Positions 1-9,532 are shown, counted from the stretch's first letter. The stretch is DNA of 64,000 bases from a bacterium (GCA_030690305.1 JAUYHB010000020.1:23535-87534); one strand, 5' to 3'. Numbers and translations are program-made. The notes: generated by a model from the letters alone, not told the origin.

Positions 1-642
1 GAGAAACTCCGCCGGAATTTCTTCTTCGCGGACCTCCTCTCCCATTTGTCCGTCAAAGTAAAACGCTTTCATTGTAAGCAGGTCAATAACTCCTTTATGA
101 TTTTCTTCATGACCGATGGGAATTTGCATGCGCACGGCTTTTTTACTTAGTCGGTCAAGAATTGTTTTATACGAGTGTTCAAAACTCGCTCCCATTCGGT
201 CGAGTTTGTTGATAAAACAAATACGGGGCACGTTCCCTTCGTCGGCATACCTCCAGTTTGTTTCGGACTGCGGTTCTACTCCGGCAACGCCGTCAAAGAC
301 GACAACCGCACCGTCAAGAACACGCAAAGAGCGTTTCACTTCGGCAGTAAAATCGATGTGCCCGGGAGTATCAATAATGTTAAAGCGACATTTTTCCGAA
401 ACATCCGTCTTCATGTAGGTTGGATTCCAAAAACAAGTAATGGCGGCGGCGGTAATCGTAATGCCGCGCTCTCGTTCCTGTTCCATCCAGTCCGTTACTG
501 TGTCTCCTTCGTGCACTTCCCCGATTTTGTGCGTCATTCCCGTGTAAAAGAGAACACGCTCTGACGTCGTTGTTTTGCCGGCGTCAATGTGAGCGATGAT
601 ACCGAAATTTCTGACTCTCTCTAGGGGATAATCGCGATTCAT
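1..642 (-). CDS. fusA: Elongation factor G, N-terminal part (partial; gene runs off the window start)
   Basis: The reverse-strand translation from ATG at 640-642 reads [63 protein letters not shown], the canonical EF-G G-domain. It follows rpsL-rpsG as in the str operon. Confidence 0.9.
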   Translation of the reverse strand, partial: MNRDYPLERVRNFGIIAHIDAGKTTTSERVLFYTGMTHKIGEVHEGDTVTDWMEQERERGITITAAAITCFWNPTYMKTDVSEKCRFNIIDTPGHIDFTAEVKRSLRVLDGAVVVFDGVAGVEPQSETNWRYADEGNVPRICFINKLDRMGASFEHSYKTILDRLSKKAVRMQIPIGHEENHKGVIDLLTMKAFYFDGQMGEEVREEEIPAEFL

Positions 643-678
643 AAAAAACTAAATGTATACTGCTCTATTAAAAAATAA

Positions 679-1149
679 TTACCAGGCGAAATGAGCGAAG
701 GCTTTGTTTGCTTCGGCCATTTTGTGAGTCATTTCTCGTTTTTTGACGGCCTCGCCTTGATTTTGGCTTGCCAAAAGAATTTCATCGGCAAGACGCATGT
801 GCATCGGTACTCCGGTTTTTGCTTTGGCGGCGTCAAGAATCCACTTCATTGCCAAGTACTGTCTTCGTTCCGGACGAACTTCGCGGGGAATCTGATAGTT
901 TGCCCCACCGACACGTCGGGAACGGACTTCAACCAAAGGCTCGGTGTTTTTGAGTGCGGTTTCAAAAATTTCAAGCGGGCTTTCGGTTTTCCCTTTTTCT
1001 TTCAGCACGTCAAATGTTGCGTACGCAAGCGTGCGTGCGGTGTTTTTCTTCCCGCTTTTCATTATGTAATTGATGAATTTCGAAATCTTTACGGACTGGT
1101 AGGTCGAATCGGGTCGAATTTCTATTTTTTTACTTAGTTTTCTGCGCAT
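679..1149 (-). CDS. rpsG: 30S ribosomal protein S7
   Basis: 156 aa ORF with a typical S7 sequence, in the str operon context. Confidence 0.9.
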   Translation of the reverse strand: MRRKLSKKIEIRPDSTYQSVKISKFINYIMKSGKKNTARTLAYATFDVLKEKGKTESPLEIFETALKNTEPLVEVRSRRVGGANYQIPREVRPERRQYLAMKWILDAAKAKTGVPMHMRLADEILLASQNQGEAVKKREMTHKMAEANKAFAHFAW

Positions 1150-1152
1150 ATG

Positions 1153-1575
1153 TTATGAAGATTTTGGTTTCTTGGTTCCATATTCACTTCTCTCTTTTCG
1201 GCGGGCTTCAACTCCAGACGCGTCAAGAATACCGCGAACGATTGTATAACGGAGACCGACGTCACGAACTTTTCCTCCGCGGACAAGCACAACCGAGTGT
1301 TCCTGAAGGTTGTGTCCTTCCCCGGGGATATAGGCGGTTACTTCCATTCCGTTTGTCAGACGCACACGGGCGATTTTACGGATAGCGGAGTTAGGCTTTC
1401 TTGGAGTTTTGGTCGTTACTTTCGTGCACACACCTCTCTTGAAAGGAGAGTTGTAAGCAATGGGACGGTTTTTGAGCACGTTGAAACCGCGTGTCAGAGC
1501 AAGGGTCTTTGACTTCCGTTTTGGGCTTTTTCTTTTGTGTTTTACCAATTGGTTGATCGTCGACATACTTGTCAA
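1153..1575 (-). CDS. rpsL: 30S ribosomal protein S12
   Basis: 140 aa ORF with S12 hallmarks (PKKPNSALRKV-like tract ...[20 protein letters not shown]...). Confidence 0.9.
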   Translation of the reverse strand: MTSMSTINQLVKHKRKSPKRKSKTLALTRGFNVLKNRPIAYNSPFKRGVCTKVTTKTPRKPNSAIRKIARVRLTNGMEVTAYIPGEGHNLQEHSVVLVRGGKVRDVGLRYTIVRGILDASGVEARRKERSEYGTKKPKSS

Positions 1576-1626
1576 AATAAAAACCTGATTTTTGTTTTAA
1601 CGTTGCGGAAACATATGAGCAGGAAT

Positions 1627-1683
1627 GCCGCTCCTCGCTCGTCAAAATAAACAAAAAAGCGCTTCCGCTTTAGTAGCCAATAC
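1627..1683 (+). repeat. Intergenic repeat family, copy 1 (modules A+B: cgctcctcgctcgtcaaaataaa ... gcgcttccgctttagtagccaatac)
   Basis: Shares its core with copies 2-7. Confidence 0.5.
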
Positions 1684-1713
1684 TTTAATATGGTCGGCCT
1701 AAAAATGCAAGCA

Positions 1714-2337
1714 TCATTGGAACGAAATACCGGTAATAAGAGAGAAGAGAAAGGCGACAATTGGCGTAATAAATCCCCAAAGAAAGAATACAAATATAAG
1801 GAGGAGAAAAAGGCTCCATTCCTCAATGCGGGCCCGCCACTCATAGAGACGGTGCGGAAAAAGGGCAAAAAGGATTTTTGAACCATCAAGCGGTGGGATA
1901 GGGATAAGATTAAAAACCGCCAATATAAGATTTATCTGAACAAGAAGCACCGCGATTGAAAGAAAAGTTTCCGGAAGAAATCCGTATAAAAGACCGAAAC
2001 GCACGAGCAGCCCAAATACGCTAGCGAGTACAAGATTTGTTGCAGGACCGGCGCCGGCGACGAGGGCCTCTCCCCACCTTGGACTTTTAAGGTTGTACGG
2101 ATTGTACGGAACCGGTTTCGCCCACCCGAAAATAAATCCTCCCGCGTAGTAAGAAATCGCGGGAACAATTACCGATCCGAGGGGGTCGATATGGCGAAAC
2201 GGGTTAAGTGTCAGTCTTCCGGAAATTTTTGCCGTATCATCTCCCAGAGCAAGGGCCATATAGCCATGCGACACCTCGTGAGAAACAACGGACATAATAA
2301 GAATGGCTATGGCAAAAATGAAGTCCAACTCTTGCAT
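1714..2337 (-). CDS. Site-2 protease family (peptidase M50) zinc metalloprotease
   Basis: Polytopic membrane protein with an HEVSHG (HExxH) motif and a downstream NLIPIPPLDG motif typical of M50/SpoIVFB-like proteases. Confidence 0.7.
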   Translation of the reverse strand: MQELDFIFAIAILIMSVVSHEVSHGYMALALGDDTAKISGRLTLNPFRHIDPLGSVIVPAISYYAGGFIFGWAKPVPYNPYNLKSPRWGEALVAGAGPATNLVLASVFGLLVRFGLLYGFLPETFLSIAVLLVQINLILAVFNLIPIPPLDGSKILFALFPHRLYEWRARIEEWSLFLLLIFVFFLWGFITPIVAFLFSLITGISFQ

Positions 2338-2381
2338 AGTAATGTCGTTAATGATACCATCAGGTACTAAATTACAAAAAT

Positions 2382-2624
2382 ATGGCTAATATTTGCCCGA
2401 TAACAAACAAATCATCGAAAAACGGCGGTGGCTACAGCAACAGAACGCGTGCCACGCAGTTTAACCCTGTCGGGAAAAGCCGGAAGCAGGTCAACATTCA
2501 GAAAAAGAAAATCTATATTCCGGAACTCAAGAAAACAATTGCTCTGATGCTTTCCACAAAAGCAATAAAGACAATCCAAAAGAACGGTGCTTTCGCCACT
2601 CTAAAAAAAGCAGGCCTTATCTAA
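2382..2624 (+). CDS. rpmB: 50S ribosomal protein L28
   Basis: 80 aa basic protein MANICPITNKSSKNGGGYSNRTRATQFNPV... with the L28-like pattern (C.ITGK...S...T.R.F.PN). It is followed by a GC hairpin plus T-run. Confidence 0.6.
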   Translation: MANICPITNKSSKNGGGYSNRTRATQFNPVGKSRKQVNIQKKKIYIPELKKTIALMLSTKAIKTIQKNGAFATLKKAGLI

Positions 2625-2628
2625 CCCA

Positions 2629-2655
2629 ATCCGCCTCTCGGCGGATTTTAGTTTG
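2629..2655. terminator. Rho-independent terminator-like hairpin (atccgcc-tctc-ggcggat + ttta), shared between rpmB (+) and the convergent MBL gene (-)
   Basis: Perfect 7 bp GC-rich inverted repeat followed by a T-run, seen directly in the sequence. Confidence 0.5.
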
Positions 2656-3502
2656 CAAGTACGGGTTCTCCCCCGTCAGAGGTGAATATGATTGTTCCCA
2701 TTTCATCAGTTCGTACAATTTGTGCGCCAAAATCGGAGAGGGTCTGAAGGACTTCCGCGTGCGGATGCCCATATGAATTATTTTCACCCGCGGAAATCAC
2801 GGCATAGTCCGGAGAAGTCGCGCTTACGAATGCTTTTCCCGTGGAAGTTTTTGACCCGTGATGTCCGGCTTTTAAGACATCAACATCAACGCCTGTTGCG
2901 TTAAGAAATGTAAGATAATTTTCAATTTCTTTCGGAGAATCCCCGGTTAAAAGAAAGGATGATTCCTCATAAGTAAGAATTCCCACGATAGAGGCGGTAT
3001 TCGTTTCAAAATCAGTGACATCTCTGTCAGGAAACAGGACAAGAAAAGAGACGCCACTTCCCAAATTGATTTTCATTCCGCGCCTTGCAAGAATTTTTTT
3101 AGCACCTTCATTAGCAACAGATTTTCCAAGTGTCTTATATATCGCCGTATCGGAGGAAACTCCCGGTTCAATAAAAGTTTTTATATTGAAATGTTCAAAC
3201 ACCGAGGGAAGCCCACCGATATGGTCGGCGTCAGGGTGGGTGGCAAGCACGATATTTATAGATTTATCATATAAGGGCATCACTTTGGAAAGCTGCGAGA
3301 GCACCGCTTTCCCTTTTCCGCCGTCAATAAGCATTTGATTTCCGTTTGGTGCTTGAATAAAAATTGCATCACCTTGTCCGACATCAAGGAAGGTGACAGT
3401 AAGATGTCCCCTCTCTTCGCCATAAACCGCATACCATATAAAACCATTGACAATAAAAAGAAAGACGAGAACAAAAACCCTGAAACGTGTGTAGTAATTC
3501 AT
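2648..3502 (-). CDS. ComEC/Rec2-related metallo-beta-lactamase domain protein with N-terminal TM anchor (stand-alone C-terminal ComEC module)
   Basis: N-terminal hydrophobic helix, then an MBL signature (HPDADHIGG, GHHGS, YGHPH) resembling the ComEC C-terminal domain. The channel-domain ComEC gene is separate at 5587-7080. Confidence 0.65.
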   Translation of the reverse strand: MNYYTRFRVFVLVFLFIVNGFIWYAVYGEERGHLTVTFLDVGQGDAIFIQAPNGNQMLIDGGKGKAVLSQLSKVMPLYDKSINIVLATHPDADHIGGLPSVFEHFNIKTFIEPGVSSDTAIYKTLGKSVANEGAKKILARRGMKINLGSGVSFLVLFPDRDVTDFETNTASIVGILTYEESSFLLTGDSPKEIENYLTFLNATGVDVDVLKAGHHGSKTSTGKAFVSATSPDYAVISAGENNSYGHPHAEVLQTLSDFGAQIVRTDEMGTIIFTSDGGEPVLAN

Positions 3503-3687
3503 TGGAAACTACTTCTGTGTTTACGTTTCTTCAAGTGGGTACTTCGCGTTTTTGTTGGCCTGATGGATACCAAAAATGTTTCCTTCGCTGTCTATGTACA
3601 TGCAAATTGACTACGTGTGTTATTAATACAATGTTTTAGTTAACCTATTTTAGCACAAGGAGATTTTCTTAATTTCTTTAGGCTTGA

Positions 3688-3966
3688 TTATGAAACGTTG
3701 ACGTTTCGTGGAAGCCAATCGATAAGTTTTTTGCGATGCTGGTCAAGCGACCATAGGTTGCCGTGCTTAAAAAGCATTGAGTGTGCGCTTTGAAACTTTT
3801 TTAACAACTCGACAGAGGCGCGCGGATAGCCTTCGGGCATATTTTTATTATAGAATTCCAAAAAAGCAGAAAGAGATATCTGCATTTCGCTCGGTTTTAA
3901 TTCTTTCTCGCGTTTCATCTCATAATAATACCACATATCAATGGAAAAATCAATATTTAAGGCCAA
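3688..3966 (-). CDS. Hypothetical protein (92 aa)
   Basis: ORF of non-repetitive composition in a gap between genes; no recognisable motifs. Confidence 0.3.
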   Translation of the reverse strand: MALNIDFSIDMWYYYEMKREKELKPSEMQISLSAFLEFYNKNMPEGYPRASVELLKKFQSAHSMLFKHGNLWSLDQHRKKLIDWLPRNVNVS

Positions 3967-4021
3967 AAATTATCTGACTTTTTGAATTCAAAAAACACAA
4001 ATGTGATAAAATGGGAATATT

Positions 4022-4615
4022 ATGCATACATACTCACCACAAAAATTCAGCATCCCGACGTTAAAAGGAATCTCGCAAAAGCAGATTGATATACACTTGG
4101 TCCTCTACGATGGATACGTCAAGCACGTCAACCTCATCCGCGAGCGGATACAGGAATTGAACACCGAGCCGGAAAAGAATAATTATCTTGCTTCGGAAAT
4201 CCGTCGTCGCTTCGCTTTTGAATTCAACGGCATGCGTTTGCACGAATTTTATTTCACATCATTTGAAGGAGGCTCCAAGGAAGCGAATACCGAAAGCGAA
4301 TTGGCAAAAAGCGTTTCCGAAAAATACGGAAGCTGGCAAAAGTTTATCGAGCACTTTACGACCGTCGGACTCACGCGCGGAAACGGCTGGTCAATTCTCT
4401 ACTACGACCCCATTGGCAAAACTCCTCATGTCATTTGGGTAGACGAACATCACATCGGGCACCTCGGTTCTTTGCCTGTAATTTTGGCTATGGATATGTG
4501 GGAGCATGCATATATGGTGGACTATCTCCCCGCACAAAAAAAAGAGCATATTACAGCCTTTCTTTCCAACATTAATTGGGAGACTGTGGAAAAAAGATTG
4601 AAAGAGGTCATTTGA
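4022..4615 (+). CDS. sodA: Fe/Mn superoxide dismutase
   Basis: 197 aa with Fe/Mn-SOD motifs (FNGMRLHEFYF, DMWEHAYMVDY). An extended -10-like tgtgataaaat lies upstream. Confidence 0.85.
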   Translation: MHTYSPQKFSIPTLKGISQKQIDIHLVLYDGYVKHVNLIRERIQELNTEPEKNNYLASEIRRRFAFEFNGMRLHEFYFTSFEGGSKEANTESELAKSVSEKYGSWQKFIEHFTTVGLTRGNGWSILYYDPIGKTPHVIWVDEHHIGHLGSLPVILAMDMWEHAYMVDYLPAQKKEHITAFLSNINWETVEKRLKEVI

Positions 4616-4715
4616 CTTCTTGCAAAACAAGACTATTCTACGAGTAGAAGAGAGAGTCTGTTTGAGAGTCTATTTTAAAGATTAAGTTCATTGCCAACCG
4701 AAAAAGGAGGGGGCT

Positions 4716-5459
4716 ATGAGGTATAGAACCTTTATGCTTTTTGTTATTGCAATTGTTACAATCTTTTCGCTCTGCGGATGCGCCGCAACCCAGATTGCAA
4801 TGGAGCACAAAAACCTTGATGTTCAGACAAAAATGTCTGACACCATCTTTCTGTCTCCCGAGGAATTGGGGGACAAAACCGTTTGGGTTGATTTGAAAAA
4901 CACGTCCGACAAAGACGTCGACCTTGGAGGAATCATTTCAACTCTTCAAGCAAGGGGCTATAGAATAGTCTCAAGTTACAAAGAGCCTCACAACCTAAGG
5001 CTTCAGGTTAATTTGCTACAAGCCGAAAAGACATCGCTTTCGGCCGCACAGCAATCGCTTCTCAACGGCTACGGCGGAGCGCTTGTCGGCGGAGTGGCCG
5101 GAGCATCTATCGGATCTCGCGGAGGATACGGAACTGCGGCTGCAGGAGGTATCGGCGGTGCACTTCTGGGAGGACTGATTGAAACAATGATAAACGCGAG
5201 CGTGAAGGACGTAACCTATATGATGGTTACGGACGTGCAGGTTTCCGCCCATTCGAATAAAAAAGTTTCTCAACAAATGGCCGGGAGCATAAGGCAAGGA
5301 ACATCGACCTCTCTGACGCAGAACGTCAGCGACGAGTCGGATTGGATAATTTACAGGACTCGGATAGTCAGCACGGCAAACAAGGTCAACCTGAAATTCC
5401 CTCAAGCATTACCGGAATTGGAGGCTGGCCTCAATCGGGTTATAGGAAATATTCTATAA
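4716..5459 (+). CDS. traT: TraT-family surface-exclusion / complement-resistance-like lipoprotein
   Basis: Signal peptide with an LCGC lipobox. Blocks recalled from F-plasmid TraT match (HKNLDVQTKMSDTIFL..., LKNTSDKDVDLGG, YMMVTDVQVS, YRTRIVSTANKVNLKF), with a central glycine-zipper. Strong RBS aaaggaggg upstream. Confidence 0.7.
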   Translation: MRYRTFMLFVIAIVTIFSLCGCAATQIAMEHKNLDVQTKMSDTIFLSPEELGDKTVWVDLKNTSDKDVDLGGIISTLQARGYRIVSSYKEPHNLRLQVNLLQAEKTSLSAAQQSLLNGYGGALVGGVAGASIGSRGGYGTAAAGGIGGALLGGLIETMINASVKDVTYMMVTDVQVSAHSNKKVSQQMAGSIRQGTSTSLTQNVSDESDWIIYRTRIVSTANKVNLKFPQALPELEAGLNRVIGNIL

Positions 5460-5480
5460 ACGACTCTCTCAAAAACTCAC

Positions 5481-5522
5481 AGCCCGTCTTGATATACATC
5501 AAGACGGGCTGTTTTTTTTTGG
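5481..5522 (+). terminator. Rho-independent terminator after the traT-like gene
   Basis: agcccgtcttg-atatacat-caagacgggct hairpin followed by 10 T. Confidence 0.7.
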
Positions 5523-5541
5523 AAATAAAGGGTATTAAACA

Positions 5542-5626
5542 CTTTGTTTCGACTTCGACTCGAACGCTATGAACATGAAGACATGCTCACACGCTTCTCG
5601 CTCGTCGAAATAAAAATAGAAAAATA
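5542..5626 (+). repeat. Intergenic repeat family, copy 2 (long form: ggtattaaacactttgtttcgacttcgactcg ... cgcttctcgctcgtcgaaataaaaa)
   Basis: 5' and 3' modules are conserved with the other copies; terminal 7 bp inverted repeat tttcgac/gtcgaaa. Confidence 0.6.
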
Positions 5627-7080
5627 AAAATATATAACACAGCGGTTACAAAACCGGACAAATGAATCACCGCGACGGAAAACGGAAGATTTGAAAAGAA
5701 ATGGGCAACGGCAAAAACATATGAAGAAATAATAGAAGTGAAAAGAGAAAATGGCGCTGCAAGCACGGGAGAAAATAAACCGACACACGCCGTCACAAAA
5801 CCGCTAAACATGATAAGCGGAGTAAGAGGGAGGACTAAAAGATTGACCGGAAACGCCATAAGCGGGAACTCCCCTCCCCGGTAAACAATCAAAGGTAAGA
5901 CAAGGAGTTGCGTGGCAATGGTTGCAACGGCAATTTCTTTAAACTGTGCCGGAATTTTTGAAAAATATTTTTCTATGAGGGGAGAAATTGCTATGAGCCC
6001 GAGTGTGGCAAGAAAAGACAACTGGAATGACGGGTCGAAAGCGGCGGTATAAGGATTGAAAAGTATCATAAGAAAAGCGACAAGACATAACAGCCGCACC
6101 GGAGCGGCATGCCGATAAAGCAATTTCCCAAGAATAACAACAAGGGCCATGAGCGCCGCGCGGACAATGCTCGCTTCAAAACCAACCATTGAAACGAACA
6201 GCAACACAAATGTCGACGCGAGGACATATGCGATTGTACGCGGAAGAAAAGAAGAGAAAAGCCAAAGGCTTGCCAGCACCACGAGAGAAATGTTGTAACC
6301 GGACAAAACGACAATATGAATAATGCCCGTTTTCCTGAATTCATCTTCAACATCTTTCGGAATAGACTGTTTTTCACCGAGCAACATTCCCGCAACCAGG
6401 GAAGCGTGCGGTTCCGGAAGAGTGCGGATAAGGCTTTGGGTGAATGTCTTTTTCATGGCAAGCAATTCCCGTCTTAAAGAGAAACTTGCACTCGGCGAAA
6501 CCGATTGTATCTGCACATTTTTTATCGTATACAGAATGCCGTCTTTTTTCAGATACGAAACATAATCGAAGGTAATTCCATATTCATTTTCAAATGACTT
6601 CGGCTTTTCAAGTATGCCTAAAAGGAAAACCGTATCGCCGTACTGAAACGATTGATATGGATCTGTGGTAACAAGAATTTTGTTTTTCTTGGAAAAATTG
6701 GCCGGAATTTCAGTCCCATTTATGTTCTGCGCGAGAAGGATAATCCGAGCGGTCGTGTCCCCTTCCCGCGGCTCATCAACGATAATCCCGGAAACGGAAA
6801 TACGTTCTGAAACAAAATCCGTGAAACGCTCTTGCGGAACAGCGAAATGGAAACGTAATGACCCGAAAGCAAATGCCAAAAAGAAAACTGCCAGAGAGGC
6901 AAGCGGCACAAAGATTTTTCCGCGCGTTTTCTTCAGAAAGAAAAAATACACAAAGAGATAAAAGGAAATGAGAAAGAAAAAACAAATTGAATAAATATCA
7001 AGAGAAACAAAAGAGCGGAGGAAAACTCCGCCCACAAAGCCGAAAAATAAACTATACAACCCTGCCGCCAAGCCCTTCAT
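5587..7080 (-). CDS. comEC: DNA internalization competence protein ComEC/Rec2 (DUF4131 + competence channel domain; lacks MBL domain)
   Basis: 497 aa polytopic membrane protein. The N-terminal OB/DUF4131-like region and multi-TM competence domain are typical of ComEC. Its start overlaps the rnhA stop. Confidence 0.75.
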   Translation of the reverse strand: MKGLAAGLYSLFFGFVGGVFLRSFVSLDIYSICFFFLISFYLFVYFFFLKKTRGKIFVPLASLAVFFLAFAFGSLRFHFAVPQERFTDFVSERISVSGIIVDEPREGDTTARIILLAQNINGTEIPANFSKKNKILVTTDPYQSFQYGDTVFLLGILEKPKSFENEYGITFDYVSYLKKDGILYTIKNVQIQSVSPSASFSLRRELLAMKKTFTQSLIRTLPEPHASLVAGMLLGEKQSIPKDVEDEFRKTGIIHIVVLSGYNISLVVLASLWLFSSFLPRTIAYVLASTFVLLFVSMVGFEASIVRAALMALVVILGKLLYRHAAPVRLLCLVAFLMILFNPYTAAFDPSFQLSFLATLGLIAISPLIEKYFSKIPAQFKEIAVATIATQLLVLPLIVYRGGEFPLMAFPVNLLVLPLTPLIMFSGFVTACVGLFSPVLAAPFSLFTSIISSYVFAVAHFFSNLPFSVAVIHLSGFVTAVLYIFIFLFLFRRARSV

Positions 7081-7771
7081 ATTCCTTTATGAGCGCCGTC
7101 TCGTCCAAGTCGTCGCTTGTTTTTCGAAACCGGGCAGGTTTTCCCTTCACGGCCTTCTCGCACTCGCCCCATGTTGTGTGAATCCGAATAACACCGTCAA
7201 GCAGACTCACATACGAGTACGCTTTCACGTTTTTTCTTGACTTGCCTTCTTCGCGTTTTTCTCTTTTTCCTTCGTCATAGTCGGTATTTAAAATATCAAT
7301 GCCATATTTGGGAAGCGGGCCGATATAGAGTTTCATATCCGTGCTCGTTGAAAATGATGCGGCAATCATATCCACTCGCTCGTTTCCGGGAAGTCCACTA
7401 TGTCCGGAAACATGCCTCCACTCAATCTGTTTCTCTGAAATAAGACGGGCAAGATCTTGCCACAAAGAAAGATTAGCGACTTCTTTTTTGGCTTTTGTTT
7501 TCCATCCGCGTGTCTGCCAGTTCGTAAGCCACTTCTGCGCTCCGTTCACGACATATGCGGAATCGGTAAATAAGATGATCGGCGTATCATTTTTCACAGC
7601 CGAGAGTCCCCGCACAACCGCTTCCAATTCCATGGCATTGTTTGTTACGTTTTTTGCCGCACCTCCCAATTCCGCAACCGTTTCATTTTGGACAATAATA
7701 CTTCCCCATCCCCCATTACCTGGGTTCCCCGATGAAGCACCGTCCGCAAAAATAATCGTCTGATTCTTCAT
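7052..7771 (-). CDS. rnhA: Ribonuclease HI with C-terminal hybrid-binding (Cauli_VI-like) domain
   Basis: N-terminal RNase H fold (ADGASSGNPGNGGWGSI, TNNAMELEAV, HSGLPGNERVD). The C-terminal segment YSYVSLLDGVIRIHTTWGECEKAVKGKPARFRKTSDDLDETA matches the RNase H1 HBD consensus (TW.EC...V...PARFKKF...EA). Confidence 0.8.
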   Translation of the reverse strand: MKNQTIIFADGASSGNPGNGGWGSIIVQNETVAELGGAAKNVTNNAMELEAVVRGLSAVKNDTPIILFTDSAYVVNGAQKWLTNWQTRGWKTKAKKEVANLSLWQDLARLISEKQIEWRHVSGHSGLPGNERVDMIAASFSTSTDMKLYIGPLPKYGIDILNTDYDEGKREKREEGKSRKNVKAYSYVSLLDGVIRIHTTWGECEKAVKGKPARFRKTSDDLDETALIKEYEGLGGRVV

Positions 7772-7795
7772 TACACTCAGTATAACAAGAAAGAT

Positions 7796-9532
7796 TTATC
7801 CTACCGTATCAATGATGCGCAAGCGTAATTCCGTTCGACCAGCGAAATAAGATTTTTCAAGCGTCGCTACAAGATTTGTTTTTTCTCCTTTTTCAACGGG
7901 GAAAGAAAGATTTTCCGGTTTCATAAAAAATCCGATGGCTGAAACCCGATTGCCGTTGGGAGACGAGAGCGTGAGTTTGAGATGCTCTTTTCCTTTGCCG
8001 AACAGTGAAACGTCAAAAACATCCGCCTGTTTGAAAAGAAATGTCGGCTTGGGATTGGCAATTCCAAACGGCGCAAGCGACGAAACAATACCGTATGTTC
8101 TGTCGTTCACTTCATCGAGAGAAAGGGTTGTGTCAACGTGCATAAGCGATTCTTCGGCCACGTGTTCAATCGTTTTGAATACTTTATTGAGACTGTCTTC
8201 AAGTGTGTGAATATGTTCGTGCGAAACGGAAAATCCGCCGGCAAGTTTGTGCCCGCCGAATTTCAGAAAATGGTCTTTCGCACCTTCCATTAATAACACA
8301 ACATCCGTATTCCCCTCCGAACGGCACGAGCCTTTTATGGATTCCGATTCCGCTCGTCCCCACAAAAAAACCGGTCGTTCATATTCTTCGACAATACGCG
8401 TTGCAACAAGACCGAGCAAAGACGGTTTCCATTTAGGATTTCCAACCACGACAACATTTGAAAGTTTCCGTTCCGAAAGCACGTGTTTGATTTCTTTAAC
8501 GAGAGAAGAAACGATTCCTTTGCGTTCATCGTTTATGGAGTTTAAATGCGATGCAAGCATCTGTGCTTCCTGTCTGTCATCCGTCGACAATAATTTGAAC
8601 GCGTCATACGGGTCTCCCATTCTCGAGGCTGCATTGAGGCGCGGGGCAATCATAAAAGAAATATCGTCTTCGGAAAGTTTCGACGGGAAAATTTTCACCG
8701 ATTCAAGCAACGCTTTTACTCCTGGACGTCGTGCGTGACGCAAAACGGTAAGACCATAAAAAGCGAGTGCGCGGTTTTCACCCGTCAGAGGCACCATGTC
8801 GGAAAGTGTTGCGATACCTACCATGTCCAACATCCATTTTTCTTTTCCTTTCGGCAGATTAAAGTTTTTTACCAAAAGAAGCGCCTGAATAAGTTTAAAC
8901 GTCACTCCCGCTCCGCACAGCATGTCCTCGGGATATTCGCATCCGTCTCTTTTTGGGTTAAGAATCGCATATGCCGGAGGAAGTTTTTCTCCCGGCACAT
9001 GATGATCAACAATGATGACGTCGATGTTGCGAGATTGGGCGAGGGTGATGGGTGAAACATCCGTCGTACCACAGTCTATGGTAATGATGAGAGAAACATT
9101 TTGCTCCGAAAATTCGTCAATCGCCTCTTTATGCACCCCGTACCCTTCGTCATGGCGATGCGGAATGTATACGGAAACATTTGTGTAACCGATGTATTTG
9201 AAAAAATCCGAAAGTATGACTGCGCCCGGAATACCGTCCGCGTCATAATCGCTGTAAATAACGATTTTTTCTCCTTTTTCAACCGCCGAAAGAATGCGCT
9301 TGACGGCTTTGTCCATATCTTTCAATAGATACGGGTCATGGAGGTCTCGTTCATAGTCGGGGTTTAAAAAAATGTCCGCCTCTTTTGCGTTGTTCACTCC
9401 ACGATTGGAAAGGAGGGTAGCAAGAAGAACGGGTAAATCCATCAGTTCTTTCGGAATTTCCTGTTTTTTGAAGACAATCTTCCTCATGTATAATGAGTGT
9501 AACATGGAAGAAAAAGAGTGCATTTTTTGCAA
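7796..9532 (-). CDS. recJ: Single-stranded-DNA-specific exonuclease RecJ (DHH/DHHA1)
   Basis: 578 aa with DHH family motifs (IYSDYDADG, DHH, GGH). Confidence 0.8.
   Translation of the reverse strand: MQKMHSFSSMLHSLYMRKIVFKKQEIPKELMDLPVLLATLLSNRGVNNAKEADIFLNPDYERDLHDPYLLKDMDKAVKRILSAVEKGEKIVIYSDYDADGIPGAVILSDFFKYIGYTNVSVYIPHRHDEGYGVHKEAIDEFSEQNVSLIITIDCGTTDVSPITLAQSRNIDVIIVDHHVPGEKLPPAYAILNPKRDGCEYPEDMLCGAGVTFKLIQALLLVKNFNLPKGKEKWMLDMVGIATLSDMVPLTGENRALAFYGLTVLRHARRPGVKALLESVKIFPSKLSEDDISFMIAPRLNAASRMGDPYDAFKLLSTDDRQEAQMLASHLNSINDERKGIVSSLVKEIKHVLSERKLSNVVVVGNPKWKPSLLGLVATRIVEEYERPVFLWGRAESESIKGSCRSEGNTDVVLLMEGAKDHFLKFGGHKLAGGFSVSHEHIHTLEDSLNKVFKTIEHVAEESLMHVDTTLSLDEVNDRTYGIVSSLAPFGIANPKPTFLFKQADVFDVSLFGKGKEHLKLTLSSPNGNRVSAIGFFMKPENLSFPVEKGEKTNLVATLEKSYFAGRTELRLRIIDTVG

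Noticed and set aside
116-564. Plus-strand ORFs (100 and 129 aa) at the window start
   Set aside because: They lie antisense within the fusA coding region, which has unambiguous EF-G homology on the minus strand.
5041-5200. GC/GGN-rich repetitive DNA
   Set aside because: It is the coding sequence for the glycine-zipper segment of the TraT-like lipoprotein, not an independent repeat.
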